Of a stretch of DNA of 64,000 nucleotides, positions 18,612-27,995 are shown in pieces. Every line of letters begins with the position of its first letter. The stretch's first letter is position 1. The notes beneath the pieces were generated by a model, which saw only the letters and a program-made list of their open reading frames with translations, was not told where the DNA came from and searched no databases. The stretch is from an uncultured delta proteobacterium. Its GTDB lineage: Bacteria > Myxococcota_A > Polyangia > Fen-1088. The DNA is taken from contig CAWCMR010000013.1 of the NCBI GenBank assembly GCA_963796685.1, forward strand, positions 96,001-160,000, in the 5' to 3' direction. Position numbers and translations under genes: made by a program.

Positions 18612-20779
18612 TCGCCACCTCCGGGGTCCGCCGAGCCGTCACGGTTGCCGTCGCGGCCGCGGGGTTCGCCGCGCTGCTGGCGCAAGTGGTCCTGCTGCGC
18701 GAGCTCCTCGCTTCCTCGCAAGGCAACGAGCTGGTGCTGGGCATCGTGCTCGCGCTGTGGCTGCTGCTCGTGGGGCTGGCGAGCGCTCTCGGTGGGCGGA
18801 TGGTGCGACGGCCGGAACGGGCGGCACGATGGCTCGGCCGCTTGCTGCTGTTGGCGCCGTTGCTCCTCTTCGCCTCGCTGTGGCTGACCCGCTGGGCAGG
18901 GCCGTCGGCGCTGGGACAGACGCCGTCCATTTCGGTTCTGGTGGGCGTGTCGGTGGTCGCCCTGGCACCTGCGTGCCTGCTCGGCGGACTGTGTTTCGCC
19001 TGGGCCCTGGCAGCGCTTCCAGGCCAGGGTCGCGCCGCGGGCCTCTACGCCGCGGAGACCCTGGGCTCGGCCGTTGCAGGGGCCTTGTTTCACTTCTTGC
19101 TCGCCGATCGGCTCTCCAGCTCATGGATCGTGCTCCTCGCGGGGGCCGGCTGCGTGGCGGCGAGCCTTCCCCTGGCCTTTGGGCGCAGATGGGTCGGCGT
19201 CACGACCGGCGTGGCCATGGTGGCGCTGTCGGCAATCGCCTGCCCAGCGCTCTCCACGGCCCTGGCGACGGCCCGCTTCCCGGGCGAGCACGTCCTTGCC
19301 CTGCGGCCCTCACGCTACGGGCTGCTTGCCGTCGTCGAGCGCGGCGGGCAGCGGGTGTTCTTTCACGACGGCGAGCTGTTGTTCACCAGCGAGGACGAAA
19401 TCGCAGCCGAGGAAAGCACGCACCTGCCTCTGCTTCTGCACCCGAATCCGCGACGGCTCTTGCTCGTGGGCGGCGGTCTCGGCGGGGGTCTCGTCGAGGC
19501 GCTCAAGCACGAGCCCGACCGCATCGACTACGTGGAGATGGATCCGGGCGTGTTTCCGCTCGCGCACAGGTTCGCCGACGAGGCCACGCGGGCCGCGCTC
19601 GCGGATCCCCGTGTTCACGCGGTGGCGGCCGATGCACGGCAGTGGCTACGCGAATCGGTCGGCCGATACGACGTCATCGTCATCAACCTGCCGATCCCCG
19701 AGAACGCGCTCCTGGCACGCCTGCTCAGCCGCGAATGCTTCGAGGACGCCCGTCGCGCCCTGGCCGCAGGTGGAATCTTGGCCCTGGCCACGCCCGGATC
19801 GGACGCCTACCTCGACGCGGGCGCCAGGCAACGGCACGCCTCGCTCCTGGCTGCGCTCGACGCCGTCTTCCCCGCCGTGGGCGTGGCCCCTGGCGGCCAA
19901 ACCATCCTGTGGGCGGCCGAGAAGGATGTGGATGCCCGACCGACCGTGCTGGCAGCGCGCCTGGGGCAGCGCGGGCTTCATCTCGCACAAGTCGGGAAGA
20001 CCTGGCTTTTCGATCGCCTGCTGCCCTTTCACGCCCGGGACTACCGCCGAGCCGTCGCGACGGCCCTTCCCATCGAGAATCGCGACTTTCGTCCCGTGGT
20101 GTACCTCTTCGGCCTCATCGAGACCTTGCAGCGTTTTTCGCAGCCGGTGGCCCGATCCGCGCTCGTGCTCGCGCGCGCGCGGTGGACGCCCTGGGTGCTC
20201 TTGGCCGCTGTGCTCGGCGGAGCGGCAGCGTTCGTTGGGCTCCGGCGCGGACGGCCCGCCCCTGCCTTCGCCGTGGAGGCCTCCGGTGCCGCGGGAATGG
20301 CCTTGCAGTTGGTTTTGCTCCTCGCCTTTCAAGCCCTGCGCGGAAGCCTCTACCATGCCATGGGAGGGCTCATCGCCGGCTTCATGGCCGGCATGGGCGT
20401 TGGCGCGCTGGTGGCGGGGCGATTCCTCGGCCGGCCGCGTGTGCTCGCCCGCGCTTGCGCGGGGGCGGCGGGGGCGGGGCTGCTGACTGTGTTGGCCCTC
20501 GAGCTTGGGCGTGCGTTTCCCGGTTGGAGCGCCACCCTCATCATCCTTGCCACCATCGTGGTGGGCGCCAGCGTGGGCGCGGTCTATCCCGTGGCCGTGC
20601 ACGTGGCCAAGCTCCCCAACGCCGCCTCACGGCTCTATGCCTGGGATCTCGCGGGCGCATCCATCGCCGCGGCGTTTGTCGCTCTGGTGGCCATTCCGCT
20701 GCTCGGGCTGGCCGAGGTAGCGCTGCTCTCGGCGGTCCTTTGCGCGGCGGCGGCGGTGGCGAATCTCGGATCAGCTTGA
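18602..20779 (+). CDS. Multi-TM membrane protein fused to a spermidine-synthase-like class I SAM-binding domain
   Basis: Hydrophobic N- and C-terminal blocks (QVVLLREL..SQGNEL, YAAETLGS, YAWDLAGA). The central domain has LLLVGGGLGG, YVEMDP, DARQWL, YDVIVINLP. Start overlaps the amrS end. Confidence 0.88.
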   Translation: MELVATSGVRRAVTVAVAAAGFAALLAQVVLLRELLASSQGNELVLGIVLALWLLLVGLASALGGRMVRRPERAARWLGRLLLLAPLLLFASLWLTRWAGPSALGQTPSISVLVGVSVVALAPACLLGGLCFAWALAALPGQGRAAGLYAAETLGSAVAGALFHFLLADRLSSSWIVLLAGAGCVAASLPLAFGRRWVGVTTGVAMVALSAIACPALSTALATARFPGEHVLALRPSRYGLLAVVERGGQRVFFHDGELLFTSEDEIAAEESTHLPLLLHPNPRRLLLVGGGLGGGLVEALKHEPDRIDYVEMDPGVFPLAHRFADEATRAALADPRVHAVAADARQWLRESVGRYDVIVINLPIPENALLARLLSRECFEDARRALAAGGILALATPGSDAYLDAGARQRHASLLAALDAVFPAVGVAPGGQTILWAAEKDVDARPTVLAARLGQRGLHLAQVGKTWLFDRLLPFHARDYRRAVATALPIENRDFRPVVYLFGLIETLQRFSQPVARSALVLARARWTPWVLLAAVLGGAAAFVGLRRGRPAPAFAVEASGAAGMALQLVLLLAFQALRGSLYHAMGGLIAGFMAGMGVGALVAGRFLGRPRVLARACAGAAGAGLLTVLALELGRAFPGWSATLIILATIVVGASVGAVYPVAVHVAKLPNAASRLYAWDLAGASIAAAFVALVAIPLLGLAEVALLSAVLCAAAAVANLGSA

Positions 20780-21805
20780 GGGGAGCCGCCAAGCGGATTC
20801 GTGCTCGGCCATCCATGCCAGCACGGATTCGAAGGTATCGCTGGCGCCGACATCCGCCGCCATCAGACTGGGCGAAACGTAGCGAAGGCCCTCGCTCTCC
20901 GTCGAGCGATGGAAGACGCTGCGGTCGTTCGGCTTGACCAGGACGACGTTCCCGACGTCATCGGCTGTCTGCAGCTTGAACTGGGCCGCCGCTTCCGCGA
21001 TGTCGTCGACGTACAACACCGCCACGTCCGGGTGAGCGCGCGCCGCGAGCCTGGCGAAGGCGAGCTCGCCGGTCAGGGCGTGCAGGAAGCCGCTTCGACT
21101 CAGGCGGGTCAGCAGGTCAGGTACGCCGCGCGGGCATCGATGACGGGTCTCGGCGCCGCGCGACCACAAGGGGGCGTCCAGCGACCAGCGCCGGAGCACC
21201 TCCGGCCAGTCGACAGCCTCAATCTTGCCGCGCAGCTTGCGGCGAAGCAGCCCGGCCTCCGCCAGGAACGCGACCATGCGCGAAGCGCAGCTCGTCTCCA
21301 CGCCGGCCCTTTCGGCCAGCGCGCCGAGTGCGTAGGGCGGTGTCAGGTCGATCAAGGCGCGCGCCACCCGTCCGGCCATCTCCCCGCTTAGGGAGCGCGC
21401 CGAGTGCTCGCCGCCGCCTGCGCTACCCGTGCCAGCGCGCTCGATGCACAGGTCGAGGTCGGCAAACCCGATCTGGATGTTGCCGGTCAGATCCCAATAG
21501 CCGATGCCGAACCCGCGCAGCCGTTCCCGGACTACGGGGGATAGGTAGGTCGACACCAGCAGCACCGGGTTGCGCGTGCGTGCGGCGCTCGCCGCAATGG
21601 TGCCCAGGTCGCGTGATTCGACACGGCGACGGGCCAGCACCAAGCAGGTGACCTTGCCCCGGGCACGATCGCGCACGACGATCCATTCGCCGACCTCGCT
21701 TGGACGCTTGTTCAGGCTCGATGGCGCCAGGGAGCAGCCCTTGGGCAAGAGGTTGGCCAGGACCACGAGGCCTTCGCGCAGCAGCGTGTCGGTGGCGCCT
21801 GCCAT
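20771..21805 (-). CDS. AbiEi-family (type IV TA antitoxin-like) protein
   Basis: YLSPVVRERL..GIGYWDLTGN, wHTH LAERAGVETSCASRMVAFL, LRRWS, LTGELA, GNVVLVKPND, YVSPSLMAAD. The true start is ATG 21805; the upstream part of the 739-aa ORF is out-of-frame shadow. Confidence 0.7.
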   Translation of the reverse strand: MAGATDTLLREGLVVLANLLPKGCSLAPSSLNKRPSEVGEWIVVRDRARGKVTCLVLARRRVESRDLGTIAASAARTRNPVLLVSTYLSPVVRERLRGFGIGYWDLTGNIQIGFADLDLCIERAGTGSAGGGEHSARSLSGEMAGRVARALIDLTPPYALGALAERAGVETSCASRMVAFLAEAGLLRRKLRGKIEAVDWPEVLRRWSLDAPLWSRGAETRHRCPRGVPDLLTRLSRSGFLHALTGELAFARLAARAHPDVAVLYVDDIAEAAAQFKLQTADDVGNVVLVKPNDRSVFHRSTESEGLRYVSPSLMAADVGASDTFESVLAWMAEHESAWRLPSS

Positions 21806-21855
21806 GAAACCCGAATCGTAGGGGCGCCGCGGCCCAAGCTCAAGAGCAAGTTGGC

Positions 21856-22860
21856 TCAGAACCAGTAGCCGCCGCCCGCCCGCAACCCGAAGAAACGCGA
21901 ATGGACCTCGACGTCGGCCGACTCGCCGGTGGTGGCGCTTTGCACCTGGTTGTTCTGGAAGCCCCATTGGTAGGTGCCGCGGAAATCCAGGAAGCCGTGC
22001 TGCCCCAACGCCCAGATCATGCCGAAGCCGGTCTGGACGAGGAAGCCGTGGGCCGTGCCGGGATCGGCGTAGACCTTGACCAGGTTGGAGGCAAACAGGA
22101 GCGAATATCCGGGGGCCGCGAACACCAGCAAGCGGAGCCGGCGGGCCGCGGAAACCGTCACGCCGAGCTGGGGAAGGAAGTCGACTTCGCGTCCGGTGCC
22201 GCCGAAGAGGTTGTTGTTCGAAGACGAGGCGGGGCCGGCGAGACTCCACTTGACCGAAGGCAGGAACTGCACCGCGAAGGCCAGGTACAGATAGCGGTGC
22301 AGGTCGACTTGCACGAATGGAACGATGCCGGCGGTCCCGGCGGTGCTGCCCGAATAGGCCAGCAGGGGCTCGCCTTTGTAATTGAGGCTGTAGGACAGGG
22401 TCCCTTGCGGCATGACAACGAGGGCAGCGCCGATTCGCAACCTGCCGCTCGGTAGGGGCGAGGGCGGAGGTTCGGCGCTGACCGCCGGCCGGTAACCGGC
22501 GCCGGCGTAGGCTGGAGGATAACCCGGGTAGGGCGAGGCGTAGGGTGAGTAGCCCCGCGGGTAGGTCGGGTATCCGGGAGGGTAAGGAGCAGGGGGCGGA
22601 TAGCCGTACGCGGGCGAATAGGGATAACCAGGTGGATAGGGATAGGCGGGCGGATAGGGATAGGGCGGCTGCGCTGCGCCCGGGGCAGGCGGCGGCGTCT
22701 GGGCAGGCGGCTGCTGCTGCAACCATGGGGCTGGCACGGCACTCGGCGAGGCGGTGGGCGTCGGAGGTGCCGGCGTTGCTCCCGGCGCGGGGCCGCTTTG
22801 CGCGAAGGCTGGCCCAGCCAAGAAACCTAGCGCCGCCACCGCGACCAAGGGGCTTCTCAT
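21856..22860 (-). CDS. Outer-membrane beta-barrel protein with a Pro/Tyr-rich N-terminal linker
   Basis: Signal MRSPLVAVAALGFLAGPAFAQ; YPYPP/YPPGY repeats; amphipathic strands; terminal GGGYWF. Confidence 0.8.
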   Translation of the reverse strand: MRSPLVAVAALGFLAGPAFAQSGPAPGATPAPPTPTASPSAVPAPWLQQQPPAQTPPPAPGAAQPPYPYPPAYPYPPGYPYSPAYGYPPPAPYPPGYPTYPRGYSPYASPYPGYPPAYAGAGYRPAVSAEPPPSPLPSGRLRIGAALVVMPQGTLSYSLNYKGEPLLAYSGSTAGTAGIVPFVQVDLHRYLYLAFAVQFLPSVKWSLAGPASSSNNNLFGGTGREVDFLPQLGVTVSAARRLRLLVFAAPGYSLLFASNLVKVYADPGTAHGFLVQTGFGMIWALGQHGFLDFRGTYQWGFQNNQVQSATTGESADVEVHSRFFGLRAGGGYWF

Positions 22861-23903
22861 GGCTGCACCCCCTGCAAGAGCGCGTATCGGGCAACTCTCG
22901 CTCGCATGATGTCCATGATTTCCAGCGCGCGGTTCTCGAAGGAAAGGAAGCTCGCCCCCTCGTACTTGGAGGCATCGAGGACATTGCCATAGCGGGCGGT
23001 CGCTTGCTCGATGGTCGTAAGCTGGCTCGAGTTGAGCGGCAGGTCGCACACCGTCGCGATCGGGTTCATCAGGTTGGCCCCGTAGGACTGAGGATCGAGG
23101 TGCTCGAGCCCGTAGGCGTGACCGACCTCGTGGGCGATCACGATGTCGGGCTCGGGCAGCACGAAATCGGTCAGGTTCACGCCGATGAAGACCGTGGGCG
23201 AGAAGTCCGACTCGTTCAGGACATCGGCCAAGGATGTTCCCAGGTCCGAGCCCGCGGCCGAGTTGACGAGGGCTTGCGAGAGCCCGAGGCCGGCCACCCC
23301 CCAGGCCATCTCGGAGGCGTCCGGACTGGGATCGAGTGCCGCGATCCGTTTAAGCAGCACGACGTTGATGACGTTCTCCTCGGGCTCGGAATAAGCGTGA
23401 AAGAACGCCTTGACGTTGTAAAACATGGCCTCGCCTATGGCCTGGTTGCAGTCGGTGGTGGGGTAGGCCGACGAGGCGCAACTGGGATCCACGTTCGTGT
23501 TCGTGCGCATCCAGTCGGTGATGGCCTGCTCGTTGAGCACGATGGCGTGGTCGAGCGGAACCGAAATGACGTCGTAGCGGGTGAACATGGTCACGCCGTA
23601 GTAGTCGTAGTAGCGCTTGAGCCCGCCCGCGAAGCGGACCACGTCGTCCATGGTGATGCCATTGCCGCGAAAGATGCGCAGCTCGGTACGGCGGTCGAGC
23701 TTGCGCGGCACGTACGGCGCGCACTTCGCATCCGGGGTGTAGTCGAAGAGACTCTGGTACGAGGTCGGGTCGCCGGGAGCTCCGGGAAAGCCCGGATCCT
23801 GGACGACCGGTTCGAAGAAATCCACGCGCTCGTCGGAGCCGCAGCCCGAAGTCGCCAGACCGGCCACGAGCATGAGGATGGTTACTAGAATGATGGGACG
23901 CAC
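22857..23903 (-). CDS. Metzincin zinc metalloprotease lipoprotein
   Basis: Lipobox ATSGC; HEVGHAYGLEH (HExxHxxGxxH) followed by a Met-turn (NLMNP); coupled to the barrel gene by an ATGA overlap. Confidence 0.85.
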   Translation of the reverse strand: MRPIILVTILMLVAGLATSGCGSDERVDFFEPVVQDPGFPGAPGDPTSYQSLFDYTPDAKCAPYVPRKLDRRTELRIFRGNGITMDDVVRFAGGLKRYYDYYGVTMFTRYDVISVPLDHAIVLNEQAITDWMRTNTNVDPSCASSAYPTTDCNQAIGEAMFYNVKAFFHAYSEPEENVINVVLLKRIAALDPSPDASEMAWGVAGLGLSQALVNSAAGSDLGTSLADVLNESDFSPTVFIGVNLTDFVLPEPDIVIAHEVGHAYGLEHLDPQSYGANLMNPIATVCDLPLNSSQLTTIEQATARYGNVLDASKYEGASFLSFENRALEIMDIMRARVARYALLQGVQP

Positions 23904-23993
23904 CAAGCCACTTTAGCAGTCATGCGTAAAAGTCTCTACGGCCTTCACCAGGGGGTGACAGGCCGGGGTTTGTTGGGCAGGATGGGCGGACTC

Positions 23994-25046
23994 ATGAGTG
24001 ACGACGTTCTTCGCATAGGCATGCCCGCGGGGTCGCTGGCCGATCCCAACCGTGGTGGCAATCTCGTTCAGCTGCTCGAACAGTCGGGTTTTCGCACCTC
24101 GGGCTACCAGTCCGGCGGACCGAGTAAGTTCTCGACGGTCAACTTCCTCTACGGGTGGGACGGCCGGCCGCAGGAATTCGCCACCCAGCTCGGCATCGGC
24201 GAGCTGGACGTGGCCATTGCGGGCGACGACTGGATTCGCGAGCGCGTGCTCGAGCTCAAGTACGAGTACGGTCGGGACATCGCGCTACGCCGGGTGATGT
24301 CGCTCGGGCGCGGCAGCGTGCGCCTGGTGGGCATCGTGAAACCGGACAAGGAATTTCCGGGCGTGGTCGAATTCTTCAAGGATTTGGCCGGCCGCAAGCC
24401 ACTCATCACGGCCGTGGCCGAGATGCCGTACCTGGCCCTGGAGTGGATTGGCCGCCGTCTCGAGGACGCCGGCGTGGACAAGGGGTTCGCCAAGTTCTCG
24501 GTGCAGAAGTACTCGACGCCGCCCAAGATCGACGCCGGCATCGTCATCTACGAAACCTGGGGCAAGACCGAGGCCAAGGTGAAGAACGGCGGCGCCGATC
24601 TGGGCCTGGAAATCACCCAGAGCGGCAGCGCCATCAAGAACTACGGCCTGCGCATCATCGACGAGGTCATGGAATCGGGAACGTCCATCTGGGTGAACCC
24701 CAAGATTCGCGACGACAAGCGCAAGTACGAGCTCTTGCGTATGTTCCTGCTCAACCTGCACGGCGCCATCAACGCCGAGAACAAGGTGCTGCTCTTGTTC
24801 AACGTCCCGGTCTCGAACGCCGCGGAAGTCGAGGCGTACCTCGTGCGCAACAATCTGTTCGCCGACGAGCCCAGCCGCATCAGCGGCAAGTCGTACACCG
24901 AGTACAGCATCGAAGTGGACACGGCCAGCTCCAAGCTGCCGCTGGCCCAGATCCGGTACGAGCTGGCCGTGATGGGGGCAAGGGGAATCGACACGGTTCC
25001 GCTCACCTCCTCCATCCCGTCCATCGGCGTCATCGACACGTGGTAA
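23994..25046 (+). CDS. hisG: ATP phosphoribosyltransferase-like protein (divergent long-form HisG)
   Basis: LRIGMPAGSL, RPQE..GELDVAIAGDDWIRE, WGKTEA..ADLGLEITQSGSAIKNYGLRII, plus a C-terminal regulatory-type domain. Confidence 0.75.
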   Translation: MSDDVLRIGMPAGSLADPNRGGNLVQLLEQSGFRTSGYQSGGPSKFSTVNFLYGWDGRPQEFATQLGIGELDVAIAGDDWIRERVLELKYEYGRDIALRRVMSLGRGSVRLVGIVKPDKEFPGVVEFFKDLAGRKPLITAVAEMPYLALEWIGRRLEDAGVDKGFAKFSVQKYSTPPKIDAGIVIYETWGKTEAKVKNGGADLGLEITQSGSAIKNYGLRIIDEVMESGTSIWVNPKIRDDKRKYELLRMFLLNLHGAINAENKVLLLFNVPVSNAAEVEAYLVRNNLFADEPSRISGKSYTEYSIEVDTASSKLPLAQIRYELAVMGARGIDTVPLTSSIPSIGVIDTW

Positions 25047-25050
25047 CAGA

Positions 25051-26158
25051 CTACGGCTGCTGCCAAAGGGTGCTGCAGGCGTTCGGGCCACCGCACGGCG
25101 AACAGGAATAGCCGATTTCAGGCGCGAGAGCCTGCGATTTCACCCAATCGTCGCAGGCGGATCCGTAGAGGGTGATGCTGGTGTTGTTGAAGTTGGAGTA
25201 GGACCACCCGTTTGGATTGCTCCCGTCGACTTCTGGAATGGATTCCCCGTCGATGTGAACCGTGAGCTGCGTGTTGGGTGGAATGGAGCTAGAGGTCATG
25301 GTGCAAGATGTTCTTGCGACGGCCGAGAAGAGCTCAGCGAGAGCGCTGGCGAGATCGCCGGTGTCGCTCGGCGTATAGAGTGAGCTCGTGTTGTAGGGAA
25401 GATGTATCGCCGACGGCGTCGAACTGAGCTTGGATAGACACGACCCCGGAGCGGGTTGATAGCCCACACTGAGCACGACGATGGGTACGCCGAGGGTGCC
25501 GAGATCGCCGGCTGCGCCGATGGCAATGGAACACACGTCATGGCTTTCGGAAGCGCACGATGGTTCTGACGAGGTCACCAGCAGAACGTATCGGTTGCCA
25601 TAGGAAGATGAATTCTTCTTGTCCTTGTAGTAGTCCCTTGCTGTTGCAAGCGCTTGATAGGATGGCGAGTCCGAGCCAGAGGACGGGCAAGACGGTGCGC
25701 CATGTGGATCGCTACACTCGATTGCGCTCGTCATTTGCGGCGAGTCCTGGAGCACCGGCTCGGGAAACACCGTGCTGGCGCAACAACTTCCCGCCTGACA
25801 CTGCGGGTCCGCGGCATTGCCCGGAAACTGCTCGAAACCGAACATGATTTTCGCTTGGTAGGGAGCTATCGCGTTGACAAGCGCGTCCTGCGCGGCCTTC
25901 TGTCTGGTGGAGCTCGCCGAAATACGACTGCATGGACGCCGAGCGGTCCAATACGATCAATATCTGCGGGCTCTTGGGTCCGAAGTGCAGGTCATACCAC
26001 TGCGGACTGCCGACGCAGAAAGCGTCTGGCCCGAGCCCAGCCGCGTCCCTGGCGACGTCCGCTGACTGGCCGCCGTCCTGTACGTCGTCAAGAACGACCT
26101 GTTCCGTGCATCCCGCGAGGGCGAGCGCGAGGCCGATGACACCGGCGCGCCGGAGCAT
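25051..26158 (-). CDS. vWA-domain Cys-rich lipoprotein, split by an apparent frameshift near 25914
   Basis: MLRRAGVIGLALALAGC; ILIVLDRSASM (MIDAS DxSxS). Continues in another frame as STRQKAAQDALVNAI...MFGFEQFP...YVLLVTSSEP...GWSY...ITLYGSACD. Confidence 0.8.
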
Positions 26159-26163
26159 GGGGC

Positions 26164-27360
26164 TCACCTTGGCTCGGAGGCCTTCTCCGCGGCGCGAAGG
26201 CGTTCCGCCAGCTTCTGCACATCGAGGCGGCGCTCGCTGCTCGGGTGCCTTGCGATGAAGGCGTCGGCCTCGGCCAGGGCCGCGTGAACGTCGCCCAGTT
26301 GCGAAAGCGTATCGACGATCGACAGATCGGTCTCGGTGCGCAGGAGCCCGGACGGGAATCGGGTGCGATACTTGTCCCATAGTGCAATCGCCTGGCGCGG
26401 ACGGTTGAGATTGTAGCGCGTAACCCGCGCCAGCTCATAGGCCGCGTTTTCAGCCGCCGGGCCACTTCCCTGGGAGGCTCGCGAAAGGATCTCCACCGCT
26501 CTGCTCGTGTCCCCGGCCTGCAACGCGGCCTGGGCTTCCCGCAAGCCGCGGGATGTTGCCACGGGCGGCTTGGCAGTAGACGCGACCAGCGGCTGAGGCC
26601 TTTCAGACGGTACCGAGGCGCTCTGCGGCGAAGTTGTCTCGTCGGGATAGAGCGGGCCGTTCCATGAGTCGCCCGCCACCAGGCGGGTCGAGTGGGAACC
26701 TCGCCAAACCTCGACCACCCCCTGGGTGACCTCGACGCCGACGGTGCGGCTGACCACGCTCACCACGAACTTGGTACCCACGACGGTGACCACATAGGGC
26801 CCCGCGGTCACCGAGAAGCGCCAGCCGGGTGGCTGGTGGGGAACCGACAAGCGCGCGCTTCCCTTTTCGACCGAAGGACGGTGCTGGTCGTCCCAGGTAA
26901 TGGCCGAATTCTCCGCCAGGTCGGCCACGGCACCGCCACCGAGGGCCACGCGGACGTGCTCGCCTTTGCGCGTGCTCACGACGTGACCGGGCACCCGTTC
27001 GACCTCGAGAAGCGCGGCCGGCTCCTCGCCAGGCTCCGTTTTCGCGGCCGATGTCGCGGGGAGGACCGGCGCCGGGGTCATGGCGCCCTTTGCCACCGGC
27101 CCCGATGAGGAGGCGGCCCCAGGCCACAGCTGTCGCACGTGGGGATAGGCAATCACGCCAGCCGCGACGAGCACCACCGCGGCGGCGCCTGCGAACACCA
27201 CGCGACCGAAGGACCGTGGCTGCGGAGCCTCCAGGCGTTCGGAAACCTTGGCCCACACGCGGCGATGGGTGATCTCGTCGCCCGTTCGCAGCGAGGCTTG
27301 GTCCAAGCCCTCGCGCAAGATGCGCTCCGATTCGTCACGCGGTTCTTCCAGCCACTTCAT
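26164..27360 (-). CDS. FecR-domain anti-sigma factor with a C-terminal TPR
   Basis: Short N-terminal domain, one TM (VVFAGAAAVVLVAAGVIAY), FecR motifs VTVVGTKFVV and VEVTQGVVEV, TPR with YRTRFPSG. Confidence 0.88.
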   Translation of the reverse strand: MKWLEEPRDESERILREGLDQASLRTGDEITHRRVWAKVSERLEAPQPRSFGRVVFAGAAAVVLVAAGVIAYPHVRQLWPGAASSSGPVAKGAMTPAPVLPATSAAKTEPGEEPAALLEVERVPGHVVSTRKGEHVRVALGGGAVADLAENSAITWDDQHRPSVEKGSARLSVPHQPPGWRFSVTAGPYVVTVVGTKFVVSVVSRTVGVEVTQGVVEVWRGSHSTRLVAGDSWNGPLYPDETTSPQSASVPSERPQPLVASTAKPPVATSRGLREAQAALQAGDTSRAVEILSRASQGSGPAAENAAYELARVTRYNLNRPRQAIALWDKYRTRFPSGLLRTETDLSIVDTLSQLGDVHAALAEADAFIARHPSSERRLDVQKLAERLRAAEKASEPR

Positions 27361-27935
27361 GGCACCATTCTCCTTGCAGCCTTCACCATCTCGGAACGGG
27401 CGTGGTGCAACCGGGACCAGACGGTGTTTTCCGGGCAACCGACGACGTCCGAGATCTCCTTGGCCGAGAGTCCTTCGATCTCGAACAAGACCAAGACGGT
27501 TCGCTTCTTGGGGGGGAGCTTGGCGAGCATGCGATCGAGTGTCGCGATTTGCGTCGAGCGCTCGGAAGGGTCGACGAGAACCGTCGGCTTCTCCATCAAC
27601 ATCGTCAAGCGCATGGTTTCACGCGTTCTTCGCCGCCGACCGAGCCGAATCGCATGGCGAGCGGCGATTCGGTAAATCCAAGTGGAAAGTTGAGCTTCGC
27701 CGCGGAAGTGCCGCAGGCTACGGAAGACGGCGATGAAGATATCCTGCGCCGCATCTTCGCGTTCATCGACCGGCACCCCTAAGGCGGAGGTGAAGCGGTG
27801 CGCCAAGGGCGCATACCGGTCGTACAGGGTCCGCCAAGCGGTCATGTCTCCGGCACGGCACGACCTTACGAGCTCTACGTCTGCAAGGGCTGACGGCATC
27901 GCCGATGGGGTCTGTGTCTGCTGCGTTTGTCCCAT
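27357..27935 (-). CDS. ECF RNA polymerase sigma factor
   Basis: Region 2 EDAAQDIFIAVFRSL..FRGEAQLSTWIYRIA; region 4 EGLSAKEISDVVGCPENTVWSRLHHAR. Confidence 0.95.
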   Translation of the reverse strand: MGQTQQTQTPSAMPSALADVELVRSCRAGDMTAWRTLYDRYAPLAHRFTSALGVPVDEREDAAQDIFIAVFRSLRHFRGEAQLSTWIYRIAARHAIRLGRRRRTRETMRLTMLMEKPTVLVDPSERSTQIATLDRMLAKLPPKKRTVLVLFEIEGLSAKEISDVVGCPENTVWSRLHHARSEMVKAARRMVP

Positions 27936-27995
27936 GGTTGCCTTTAATCCATTAGAGCCACAGTGACCCTGTATTCATCATTCCACATCGTCACA

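Noticed and set aside
20771-22990. 739-aa ORF as a single protein
   Set aside because: The upstream part overlaps the barrel gene out of frame; the real CDS starts at 21805.
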